64,000 bases of DNA, taken from positions 11,716-75,715 of the forward strand of contig MNYN01000011.1 of assembly GCA_001873105.1 (NCBI GenBank), written 5' to 3'. Both the position numbers and the translations under genes were made by a program. The notes beneath the pieces were generated by a model that worked only from the letters and a program-made list of their open reading frames with translations, did not search any database and was not told the origin of the DNA. Positions 56,461-64,000 of the stretch are shown one piece after another. The DNA is from Flavobacteriaceae bacterium CG2_30_34_30 (GTDB taxonomy: Bacteria > Bacteroidota > Bacteroidia > Flavobacteriales > Flavobacteriaceae). Within the stretch, counting starts at the first letter, position 1. Each line of letters starts with the position of its first letter.

Positions 56461-56904
56461 ATGATAAAAAGACAACTTTTTGTAAAATGTATGGAGATGC
56501 TAAATCTTCAGATGGAAAAATACAAAAAAGAAATTCAAACAGTTAGGGAGGCTTTAGAAAATGAAAGCTCAAAATCAGAAGATGATGATGGGGGAAAAAG
56601 TGACATGTTAACAGAAATTGAAAAATATTCCAAATACATGGAAAACACAGAAAATTTAAAAAATCAATTAAAGCGAATTGATATCACGCAAGAGCATGAG
56701 GTGGTTACCAATGGAAGTTTAGTGGAAACTGAAAATAATTTCTTTTTTATAACGGTGGCATTAGGAAAAATAGATGTGGGGGATTCCAAAAATTATTATT
56801 CCATTTCAACAGATGCACCTATTTACACGCATTTAAAAGGAAAAGAAGCAGGAGATAATTTTAAATTTAATAACCTTGACTATAAAATAATTCAAGTATA
56901 TTAA
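56461..56904 (+). CDS. GreA/GreB-fold protein (coiled coil plus Gre C-terminal-like domain)
   Basis: N-terminal coiled coil with acidic tip SEDDDG; VTNGSLVET, ISTDAPIY, GKEAGDNFKFN. Confidence 0.65.
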   Translation: MIKRQLFVKCMEMLNLQMEKYKKEIQTVREALENESSKSEDDDGGKSDMLTEIEKYSKYMENTENLKNQLKRIDITQEHEVVTNGSLVETENNFFFITVALGKIDVGDSKNYYSISTDAPIYTHLKGKEAGDNFKFNNLDYKIIQVY

Positions 56905-56905
56905 G

Positions 56906-57583
56906 TTAATGTTTGTACAGGGAAGCCCCATTTAAATCAGTGGTAAGCACATCACTCATCAACTTAAAATAAGGTTGTACTAGCTGAAAATGATATAAAA
57001 TAGTTTTAATAAAATCTGTAGAAAGCACTTCTTTGTCTGCATAGTAATGAGCAACAAAGAAGTTTTTATTTTTTATTAAATCAATAGCTTTATGATTTTT
57101 GTCAAAGCCTTTTGGGGCTGTTTTCACTTGGTCTGTGGTATCTAATCCATCAAATACTTTTTTAAATTCCGGCTGTTTAAGAATATCTCTTATTTCTGTA
57201 TCATCTGTTTCAAATTCTTTACGAATACGCAATAAATCAGCAGGATTAGGCTCAAAAAACCCACAGCCAATAAAGGAATTTCCAGGTTCTAACTGTAAAT
57301 AATAACTACCTCTTCTGTGAACTCCAGCACGTATCCAGTTGGCGCTCCGATTTGTTTTATACGGCACTTTATTTTTACTAAAACGTACATCGCGATAAAT
57401 GCGAAAAATTTTCAACGTTTCTATTTCATCAAAGGTATTTAAGCCATTGGTTATTTCGTTGAAAAATAATTTAAGGGTCTTGTCTTCTTGTTGAAATTTG
57501 GATTTGTTTTCGGAAAACCAATCGCGATTATTATTTAATTTTAATTCCTCCAAAAGTGGAAAAAGAGTGTCAGATACTTTCAT
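56906..57583 (-). CDS. DUF2461-family protein
   Basis: NNNRDWF, FRIYRDVRFSKNKVPYK, KTAPKGF. ATG at 57583 avoids overlap with corA. Confidence 0.9.
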   Translation of the reverse strand: MKVSDTLFPLLEELKLNNNRDWFSENKSKFQQEDKTLKLFFNEITNGLNTFDEIETLKIFRIYRDVRFSKNKVPYKTNRSANWIRAGVHRRGSYYLQLEPGNSFIGCGFFEPNPADLLRIRKEFETDDTEIRDILKQPEFKKVFDGLDTTDQVKTAPKGFDKNHKAIDLIKNKNFFVAHYYADKEVLSTDFIKTILYHFQLVQPYFKLMSDVLTTDLNGASLYKH

Positions 57584-57593
57584 AAACAAGTAG

Positions 57594-58661
57594 TTAAAGC
57601 CATTTTTTCTTTTTAAAATAAAATAACATACCAATAATAAGCAAAATCATCACAATCCAAACCACATAATAGCCATATTTATAAGTGAGCTCCGGCATAT
57701 TTTCAAAATTCATACCGTAAACACCGGCTATAAAAGTAAGCGGAATAAAAATGGAAGCCATAATAGTTAGCACTTTCATAATTTCATTCATTTTGTTAGA
57801 AACGCTGTTCATATATAAATCCAACAAGCCGGATGCCATGTCACGAAACACTTCAATGGTTTCAATTACTTGTATGGTGTGGTCATATAAATCACGTATA
57901 AACACCTTAATATCAGGATTAATAAAAGGTTCCTCTATTTTTTCAAACCTACTAACCACTTCCCGTAACGGATAAACAGAACGCCTTAAATTTAAGGTTT
58001 CTCTGCGCAGTAAATGTAATTTGTTTAACGTGTTTTTATCGGGATTTTCTAAAAGTGCTATCTCAACATCTTCTAGTTTTTCTCCAAAAGTTTCCAAAAT
58101 AATAAAATAATTATCCACAACAGAATCTAAAAGGGCATATAATAAATAATCGGCGCCTCTTTTTCTAATAAATCCTTTACCTTCTTTGATTCGTTTTCTT
58201 ACGCTGTCAAAAACATCGCCAGTGCGCTCCTGAAAGGTAATGAGTGTATTTCCTTTTAAAATAAAACTCAATTGCTCATCATCTATGGTATCGTCAACAG
58301 AATCTAACATAAACATTTTTAAAACCACATGAAGGTATTCTGTGTGCTCTTCAATTTTAGGGCGCTGTCCTATACTTAAAATATCTTCCATTGTAAGTTT
58401 GTGAATTCCCAAATAGCTACACACTTCCTCAATAGTGTTTTCATCGTGTAATCCATCGATATTCACCCAGCTTATTCCGGAAAAGGACTCTTTCATTTGT
58501 ATGACTTCTGCAATGCTTTTTAATTTTTTTTCTTCATAGTAGTCTTCAAAATAATGAATCAAATTAATATCTACTTGAGTCATTTTTTGTACACCAGTAA
58601 AGAGTAAAGTCCCCGGAGCTAATCCTGATTTTGATTTTCGTTTGTTTCTTTTTCTTGCCAT
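57594..58661 (-). CDS. corA: Magnesium/cobalt transporter CorA
   Basis: WVNIDGL, EDILSIGQRPK, PLTFIAGVYGMNF. Confidence 0.95.
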   Translation of the reverse strand: MARKRNKRKSKSGLAPGTLLFTGVQKMTQVDINLIHYFEDYYEEKKLKSIAEVIQMKESFSGISWVNIDGLHDENTIEEVCSYLGIHKLTMEDILSIGQRPKIEEHTEYLHVVLKMFMLDSVDDTIDDEQLSFILKGNTLITFQERTGDVFDSVRKRIKEGKGFIRKRGADYLLYALLDSVVDNYFIILETFGEKLEDVEIALLENPDKNTLNKLHLLRRETLNLRRSVYPLREVVSRFEKIEEPFINPDIKVFIRDLYDHTIQVIETIEVFRDMASGLLDLYMNSVSNKMNEIMKVLTIMASIFIPLTFIAGVYGMNFENMPELTYKYGYYVVWIVMILLIIGMLFYFKKKKWL

Positions 58662-58902
58662 TTAAGTAATCTGTTTTAACATTGAAGCCGCTATAATTCT
58701 CCTTAAAAATAAGACAAATTTTATAAAAAATGAGAGGTCTGAATAAAGACTATATTTTTTAACGAAAAGATGCTAATCAGGATATTGAATAAATTCTATA
58801 CGTTCAGATAAATTTATCATAAAAAAGATTCTTTGATAGAAAGACAAATAAGACCCCTTTTGAAAATATTATTTATAATGGGGTAGCAATAAGTTACTAA
58901 AG

Positions 58903-59502
58903 CTATTTTGTGTGCCTTTTTTCTAATATTTTTACAACATCTTCTAATACAAACTCTTTTGCCTGTAATAAAATCAAATAATGAAACAATAAGTCTGCAC
59001 TTTCATTAAGAAACAATAACTCGTTATCATCTTTTGCTTCAATTACAACCTCAATTGCCTCCTCGCCTACTTTTTGTGCGATTTTATTGATGCCACTGTC
59101 GAATAAGGTCGCTACATAACTTCCTTTTGATTTACTTTTTTTTCGGTTAGTAATTATTTTTTCTAGATCCAATAAAAATCCAAAATTATTTGTATTATCT
59201 TCTCCCCAACAAGTTGCCGTGCCCTTGTGGCAAGTTGGTCCGGTAGGATTTACATGTATTAATAAGGTATCCCTATCACAATCTACTTTTATATCAACTA
59301 ATTTTAAAAAATTACCGCTTTGTTCGCCTTTGGTCCATAGGCGTTTTTTACTACGACTAAAAAAAGTAACTAATTGTGTTTCTTGGGTCCTTATAAAGGC
59401 ATCTTCGTTCATATAACCAAGCATTAAAACTTGCTTGGTATTATAATCTTGAATGATTGCCGGTACTAGTCCGTTTTCATTTTTTGTAAAATCTATGTTC
59501 AT
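58903..59502 (-). CDS. hisIE: Bifunctional phosphoribosyl-AMP cyclohydrolase / phosphoribosyl-ATP diphosphatase
   Basis: DCDRDTL, GPTCH, KVGEEA, ADLLFH. Confidence 0.95.
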   Translation of the reverse strand: MNIDFTKNENGLVPAIIQDYNTKQVLMLGYMNEDAFIRTQETQLVTFFSRSKKRLWTKGEQSGNFLKLVDIKVDCDRDTLLIHVNPTGPTCHKGTATCWGEDNTNNFGFLLDLEKIITNRKKSKSKGSYVATLFDSGINKIAQKVGEEAIEVVIEAKDDNELLFLNESADLLFHYLILLQAKEFVLEDVVKILEKRHTK

Positions 59503-60257
59503 AATCGTGTGGCTATGTTGTTATTTTTTAATTCGGTTTTTAAGGTTTTTATTTCGATTTCTTTAAAGTGAAATACACTAGCAGCAATTGCAGCATCTGC
59601 TTTTCCTTTTTGAAAAACATCTACAAAATGAGATATGTTTCCTGCACCTCCCGAAGCGATAATAGGAATTTTAAGTGTAGACGAAAGACTAGCCAATGCG
59701 TCGTTAGCAAAACCATTTTTAGTGCCATCATTGTCCATAGAAGTAAAAAGTATTTCCCCTGCCCCACGTTGCTCTACTTCTTTTGCCCAGGTAAATAAGT
59801 TTATTTTTGTAGGCACTTTTCCACCCACAAGATAAACCAACCATTCCCCATTAATGCATTTAGCATCGATGGCAACTACAACACATTGCGAACCAAATTT
59901 AGCCGCTAAATCATTTATTAAATGCGGATTTTTAAAAACCGCGGAGTTAATGGACACTTTATCTGCTCCATTTTGCAATAATGCATCCACATCTTGTACT
60001 GAAGAAATGCCACCGCCAACAGTAAATGGAATATTAATTTTTTCTGCAACACTGCTCACTAAATTAATTAATGTTTTTCGATTTTCTTCTGTTGCCGAAA
60101 TATCTAAAAACACTAATTCGTCTGCACCTTCCTTAGAATACAATTCTGCTAGTGCTACCGGGTCTCCGGCATCACGCAATTCTTTAAAGTTAATACCTTT
60201 TACGGTACGACCATCTTTAATATCTAAGCACGGAATAATTCTTTTTGCTAAAGTCAT
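59499..60257 (-). CDS. hisF: Imidazole glycerol phosphate synthase cyclase subunit
   Basis: [35 protein letters not shown]. Confidence 0.97.
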   Translation of the reverse strand: MTLAKRIIPCLDIKDGRTVKGINFKELRDAGDPVALAELYSKEGADELVFLDISATEENRKTLINLVSSVAEKINIPFTVGGGISSVQDVDALLQNGADKVSINSAVFKNPHLINDLAAKFGSQCVVVAIDAKCINGEWLVYLVGGKVPTKINLFTWAKEVEQRGAGEILFTSMDNDGTKNGFANDALASLSSTLKIPIIASGGAGNISHFVDVFQKGKADAAIAASVFHFKEIEIKTLKTELKNNNIATRL

Positions 60258-60258
60258 A

Positions 60259-60996
60259 TTAGTTGTTACTTATAAATTTTTCTAATTCTTTTAAAGAGAT
60301 TTTATTTTCATAAATAGCTTTCCCTATAATTGCTCCCTCGCAGCCTGCTTCTTTTAAAGCAAGCAAATCGTCAATGCTAGAAATGCCTCCAGAAGCAATA
60401 AGTTTTAATTTTTCTGTTTCTTTTAAAATGTTTTTATATAAACACGTTGCCGGTCCTTTTAACATCCCATCTTTACTGATATCCGTGCAAATAACATAGG
60501 CAATATTGAAAGTCTGGTACTCTATAATAAATGGAATTAAATCAACCATTGTTTTTTCAATCCAACCTGAAATGGCAATTTTTTTGCCATCCTTTCCAGA
60601 GTGGATATCTGCACCAAGGATAACTTTTTTAGGACCATAAGTAATTATCCAATGTTTAAAAATAGCTGGTTGATGAATGGCAATACTTCCTCCGGTAATT
60701 TGAGATGCACCACATTCAAAAGCAATCTCAGCGTCTTTATTAGTTTTTAAACCGCCGCCAAAGTCAATAATTAAATTGGTTTTTGAGGCAATTTGTTCTA
60801 AAACTTTATGGTTTACAATGTGACTGCTTTTTGCACCATCTAAATCTACCAAGTGCAGGAATTTAATTCCGCTATCTTCAAAGCTTTTTGCGACTTCTAA
60901 AGGATTTTTGTTATATATTTTTGAAGTGCTGTAATCGCCTTTGGAAAGACGTACGCAGGTACCGTTAAGGATATCAATTGCAGGTATAATTCGCAT
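60259..60996 (-). CDS. hisA: ProFAR isomerase
   Basis: [29 protein letters not shown]. Confidence 0.96.
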   Translation of the reverse strand: MRIIPAIDILNGTCVRLSKGDYSTSKIYNKNPLEVAKSFEDSGIKFLHLVDLDGAKSSHIVNHKVLEQIASKTNLIIDFGGGLKTNKDAEIAFECGASQITGGSIAIHQPAIFKHWIITYGPKKVILGADIHSGKDGKKIAISGWIEKTMVDLIPFIIEYQTFNIAYVICTDISKDGMLKGPATCLYKNILKETEKLKLIASGGISSIDDLLALKEAGCEGAIIGKAIYENKISLKELEKFISNN

Positions 60997-60997
60997 A

Positions 60998-61579
60998 TTA
61001 TAGTTTTAAAAAATTAGTGAGTATTTTATCGCCGGCAGTACTGCTTTTTTCTGGATGAAATTGAACGCCATAAAAATTATCTTTTTGCAAAGCCGATGCA
61101 TATATCCTTCCATAATCTGTTAATGCAATAGCTTCTTCACAAAAAGGCACATAATAGCTATGCACCAAATACACATATTCCTTTTCATGAATTCCTTCAA
61201 ACAAAGGAGATTTTAAATTATAAATTGTATTCCAGCCAATTTGTGGAATTTTTAACTGTCCGGAAAACCGGACCACATTCAAATCAAAAATACCAAGACC
61301 TTTTGTATTGCCTTCTTCTGTGTGATTGCATAATAACTGCATACCTAGGCAAATGCCCAAAACAGGCTGTCGCAATTTAGGAATTAACTGGTCTACACCA
61401 AATTCTTGTAGTTTTAGCATGGCGCTACTTGCTTGACCCACTCCGGGAAAAATTACTTTGTCGGCGTTTTTTATTATGATGCTATTGTTTGTAACCGTTG
61501 CTTTATGCCCCAAACGTTGCAATGCAAAAAGGATACTTTGTATGTTGCCAGATCCATAATCTATTATTACTATTTTCAT
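60998..61579 (-). CDS. hisH: Imidazole glycerol phosphate synthase glutaminase subunit
   Basis: IDYGSGN, GICLGMQ, QFHPEKS. Confidence 0.96.
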   Translation of the reverse strand: MKIVIIDYGSGNIQSILFALQRLGHKATVTNNSIIIKNADKVIFPGVGQASSAMLKLQEFGVDQLIPKLRQPVLGICLGMQLLCNHTEEGNTKGLGIFDLNVVRFSGQLKIPQIGWNTIYNLKSPLFEGIHEKEYVYLVHSYYVPFCEEAIALTDYGRIYASALQKDNFYGVQFHPEKSSTAGDKILTNFLKL

Positions 61580-62712
61580 TATAAAGTGCCTTTTGTTGAT
61601 GGTAAAATCATTTTTTCAGTATCCCGTTTTATGGCCATTTTTATCGCTTTTGCGAAGGCTTTAAAAATAGCTTCAATTTTATGGTGTTCATTAGTTCCTT
61701 CTGCTTTTATATTTATGTTAGCTTTTGCGCCGTCACTGAAGGACTTAAAAAAATGAAAAAACATCTCTGTGGGCATTTTACCAACCATTTCCCGATTAAA
61801 ATCTGCTTCCCAAACCAGCCAATTTCTTCCTCCAAAATCAATAGCCACTTGTGCTAAACAATCATCCATTGGCAAACAAAAACCATATCGCTCCATGCCC
61901 AACTTATTTCCTAAGGCATCTGCAAAAACTTCACCTAGTGCAATGGCTGTGTCTTCTATGGTATGGTGTTCATCAACCTCTAAATCGCCTTTTACTTGGA
62001 TATCTAAATCTATTTGCCCATGACGCGAAATCTGGTCGAGCATATGATCAAAAAATGCAATTCCTGTGTGAATGTTACTTTTTCCAGTGCCGTCGAGATT
62101 AAGATGTATATTAACCGTTGTTTCGTTGGTTTTTCTTGTTATCTGTGTTACTCGATTTTCCATTTTCAAAAATTCATAAATTTGTTGCCAATCAACGGTT
62201 TCTAAAGCTATATATTCTTGCAGATCTTTAAGATTTGTAGTGATTTCAGAAATGCCAAAATGGGTTTGATTATTGATAAATATGGCGTTTGCATTTAGGT
62301 TTTTTGCCAGCTCTACATCTGTCATTCTGTCGCCTATGACAAACGAGTTTTTTAAATCATATTTATCTGAAAAATAAGAAGTTAATAAACCTGTGTTTGG
62401 TTTTCTATTTGGCGAATTATCTCTAGCAAAGGATTGGTCAATTAAGACTTCTTTAAAAACGACTCCTTCATTTTCAAAAGTCTTTACAATAAAATATTGG
62501 ATAGCCCAAAATTTTTCTTCGGGATACTGTTCTGTTCCCAAACCATCCTGATTAGTAACCATAACAAGTTCATAATCAAGTTCACGGGCTATTTTAGCCA
62601 TATAAAATAATACTTTCGGATAAAATTTTAATTTTTCAAAGCTATCTATTTGTTCGTCTTGTGGTTCATAAACTAATGTACCATCTCTATCAATAAATAA
62701 AACTTTTTGCAT
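61579..62712 (-). CDS. hisB: Bifunctional histidinol-phosphatase / imidazoleglycerol-phosphate dehydratase
   Basis: HAD motif IDRDGTL; IGPD motifs [21 protein letters not shown]. Confidence 0.96.
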   Translation of the reverse strand: MQKVLFIDRDGTLVYEPQDEQIDSFEKLKFYPKVLFYMAKIARELDYELVMVTNQDGLGTEQYPEEKFWAIQYFIVKTFENEGVVFKEVLIDQSFARDNSPNRKPNTGLLTSYFSDKYDLKNSFVIGDRMTDVELAKNLNANAIFINNQTHFGISEITTNLKDLQEYIALETVDWQQIYEFLKMENRVTQITRKTNETTVNIHLNLDGTGKSNIHTGIAFFDHMLDQISRHGQIDLDIQVKGDLEVDEHHTIEDTAIALGEVFADALGNKLGMERYGFCLPMDDCLAQVAIDFGGRNWLVWEADFNREMVGKMPTEMFFHFFKSFSDGAKANINIKAEGTNEHHKIEAIFKAFAKAIKMAIKRDTEKMILPSTKGTL

Positions 62713-62719
62713 AATACTG

Positions 62720-63784
62720 TTATTTAATTTGTTGTAAAACTTCTATTAATTTTTTGTTTTCTTCAGGGGTACCAAGGGTAATTCTCAAGGTGTTTTTGCA
62801 AAGTGGCTGGGTACTTCGATTGCGAACCACAAATCCTTTTTCGAGTAACTGTTTGTACCTTTTGGTAGCATCATCTACTTTTATCAACATAAAATTTGCA
62901 TCGCTTTTATAAATTTTGGATACAAATTTTATAGGAAGTAATGCTTCAGTTAAAGTTGTTCTTTCGTGCTTAATAATCGCTACTTGGCTTTTAATAGCTT
63001 CTTCATCCTTTAATACTTTTATAGCTCTTTTTTGAGAAAGTAAATTGCTGTTATAAGGAGGTTTGATTTTATGTAATACGGAAATAATCTCTTCAGAAGC
63101 ATAACAGATACCCACTCTAATTCCTGCTGAAGCATACGCTTTTGAAAGAGTTTGTGTAATTACCAAGTTAGGGAAATCATTTAAATCATTTAACCAGCTT
63201 TCTCCTTCTGAAAAGTCAATATAGGCTTCGTCTATTACGACCAAACCAAGGAAATTTTCAAGTATTTTCTGAACACTTTCTTTTTTGAATAGGTTTCCTG
63301 TGGGGTTGTTAGGAGAACACAAGAAAATAATTTTAGTTTTCTCATTAACCGAGTTTAATATGGAAGTCACATTGGGTTGAAAATCAAATTGTAAAAGTAC
63401 TTGGCGGTTTTCAATACTATTTATGTTTGCTAAAACTTCATACATTCCATACGTGGGGGGCAAGGTTATTACATTGTCTGTATTAGGTTCACAAAATACA
63501 CGAAGGAGCAAATCAAGTACTTCATCGCTGCCATTTCCTATAAGTATATTTTTTGTAGTAACTTTTTTTTGTAATGCTAATACCCTTTTTAATTCCATTT
63601 GCTTCGGATCTGGATAGCGATTAATGCCGTTTTGAAATGGATTTTCATTGGCATCTAAATAAATCAAAGGATTTGCAAATTCTTTAAATTCATCTCTTGC
63701 GGAAGCATAGGGCTGCATATTTTTTATAGTATCACGCACCAGGTTTTCTAAACACCAGCCCATCATTTTTGATATTTGTTTCAT
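62720..63784 (-). CDS. hisC: Histidinol-phosphate aminotransferase
   Basis: [34 protein letters not shown]. Confidence 0.95.
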   Translation of the reverse strand: MKQISKMMGWCLENLVRDTIKNMQPYASARDEFKEFANPLIYLDANENPFQNGINRYPDPKQMELKRVLALQKKVTTKNILIGNGSDEVLDLLLRVFCEPNTDNVITLPPTYGMYEVLANINSIENRQVLLQFDFQPNVTSILNSVNEKTKIIFLCSPNNPTGNLFKKESVQKILENFLGLVVIDEAYIDFSEGESWLNDLNDFPNLVITQTLSKAYASAGIRVGICYASEEIISVLHKIKPPYNSNLLSQKRAIKVLKDEEAIKSQVAIIKHERTTLTEALLPIKFVSKIYKSDANFMLIKVDDATKRYKQLLEKGFVVRNRSTQPLCKNTLRITLGTPEENKKLIEVLQQIK

Positions 63785-63792
63785 AAGCGTTC

Positions 63793-64000
63793 TTATTTTA
63801 AAAAATTTAGTCTTATGGTTACTGCATTCTTGTGTGCTTGAAGACCTTCGGCCTCTGCCATTATCTCTATTGCGTTTCCAATGAGCTGAAGGCCTTTTTT
63901 TGTAATTTTCTGAAAGGTCATAATTTTCATAAAACTATCCAGATTCACTCCGCTATATTGTTTTGCAAAACCATTAGTTGGTAGGGTGTGGTTAGTGCCA
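63793..64000 (-). CDS. hisD: Histidinol dehydrogenase, 3' end (partial, runs off window)
   Basis: Manual translation [25 protein letters not shown]...[21 protein letters not shown]. Confidence 0.93.
   Translation of the reverse strand, partial: GTNHTLPTNGFAKQYSGVNLDSFMKIMTFQKITKKGLQLIGNAIEIMAEAEGLQAHKNAVTIRLNFLK

Noticed and set aside
58662-58902. 240-bp gap between hisIE and corA as a Mg2+ riboswitch or hidden gene
   Set aside because: No convincing stem set, no ORF of note and no recognisable M-box features.
310-63617. The many 60-160 aa ORFs antisense to or nested in long genes (e.g. 2285-2614, 8814-9032, 22413-22856, 52897-53217, 59854-60285)
   Set aside because: They are shadow frames of well-supported CDS and have no recognisable motifs.
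58903-64000. his operon as unusual
   Set aside because: The order hisD-C-B-H-A-F-IE with bifunctional hisB and hisIE is the ordinary arrangement, and all motifs are intact.

Overview
This is an AT-rich chromosomal segment from a member of the Flavobacteriaceae (Bacteroidota). The assignment rests on TAnnTTTG-type -7 promoter boxes, a type IX secretion (T9SS) C-terminal domain protein, a fused E1 alpha/beta dehydrogenase, bshA and a hisD-C-B-H-A-F-IE operon. About 60 CDS are present, mostly housekeeping, envelope and metabolic genes: ung, mutS2, aroC, lptD, mlaD, an amidase, a PBP1A-type enzyme, corA and his genes. I saw no tRNA, rRNA, CRISPR array, prophage or intact transposase. Three small ORFs absent from the ORF track were found by hand (3230-3391, 8872-8979, 44058-44189). 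The partial hisD at the right edge and a 3-codon start of a probable type III PKS at the left edge were also read manually. The best candidate for an undescribed system is the coupled satD-DUF3307 pair (54887-56274). It encodes a class III nucleotidyl-cyclase-like domain fused to a helix-turn-helix (HTH) domain, plus a His/Asp-motif membrane protein. Its promoter is overlaid by three TATAAG-N8-CTTATA palindromes at an exact 29-bp period. Other leads: two unannotated small proteins sharing an ECF-sigma-like promoter (G[TC]AAC-N16-C[GA]TCTA), a MITE-like nested inverted-repeat element at 28561-28745, a family of 7-bp-period intergenic repeats, and a split EtfD/FadF-like Fe-S oxidoreductase. All family assignments come from motif recognition by eye; no database searches were run.
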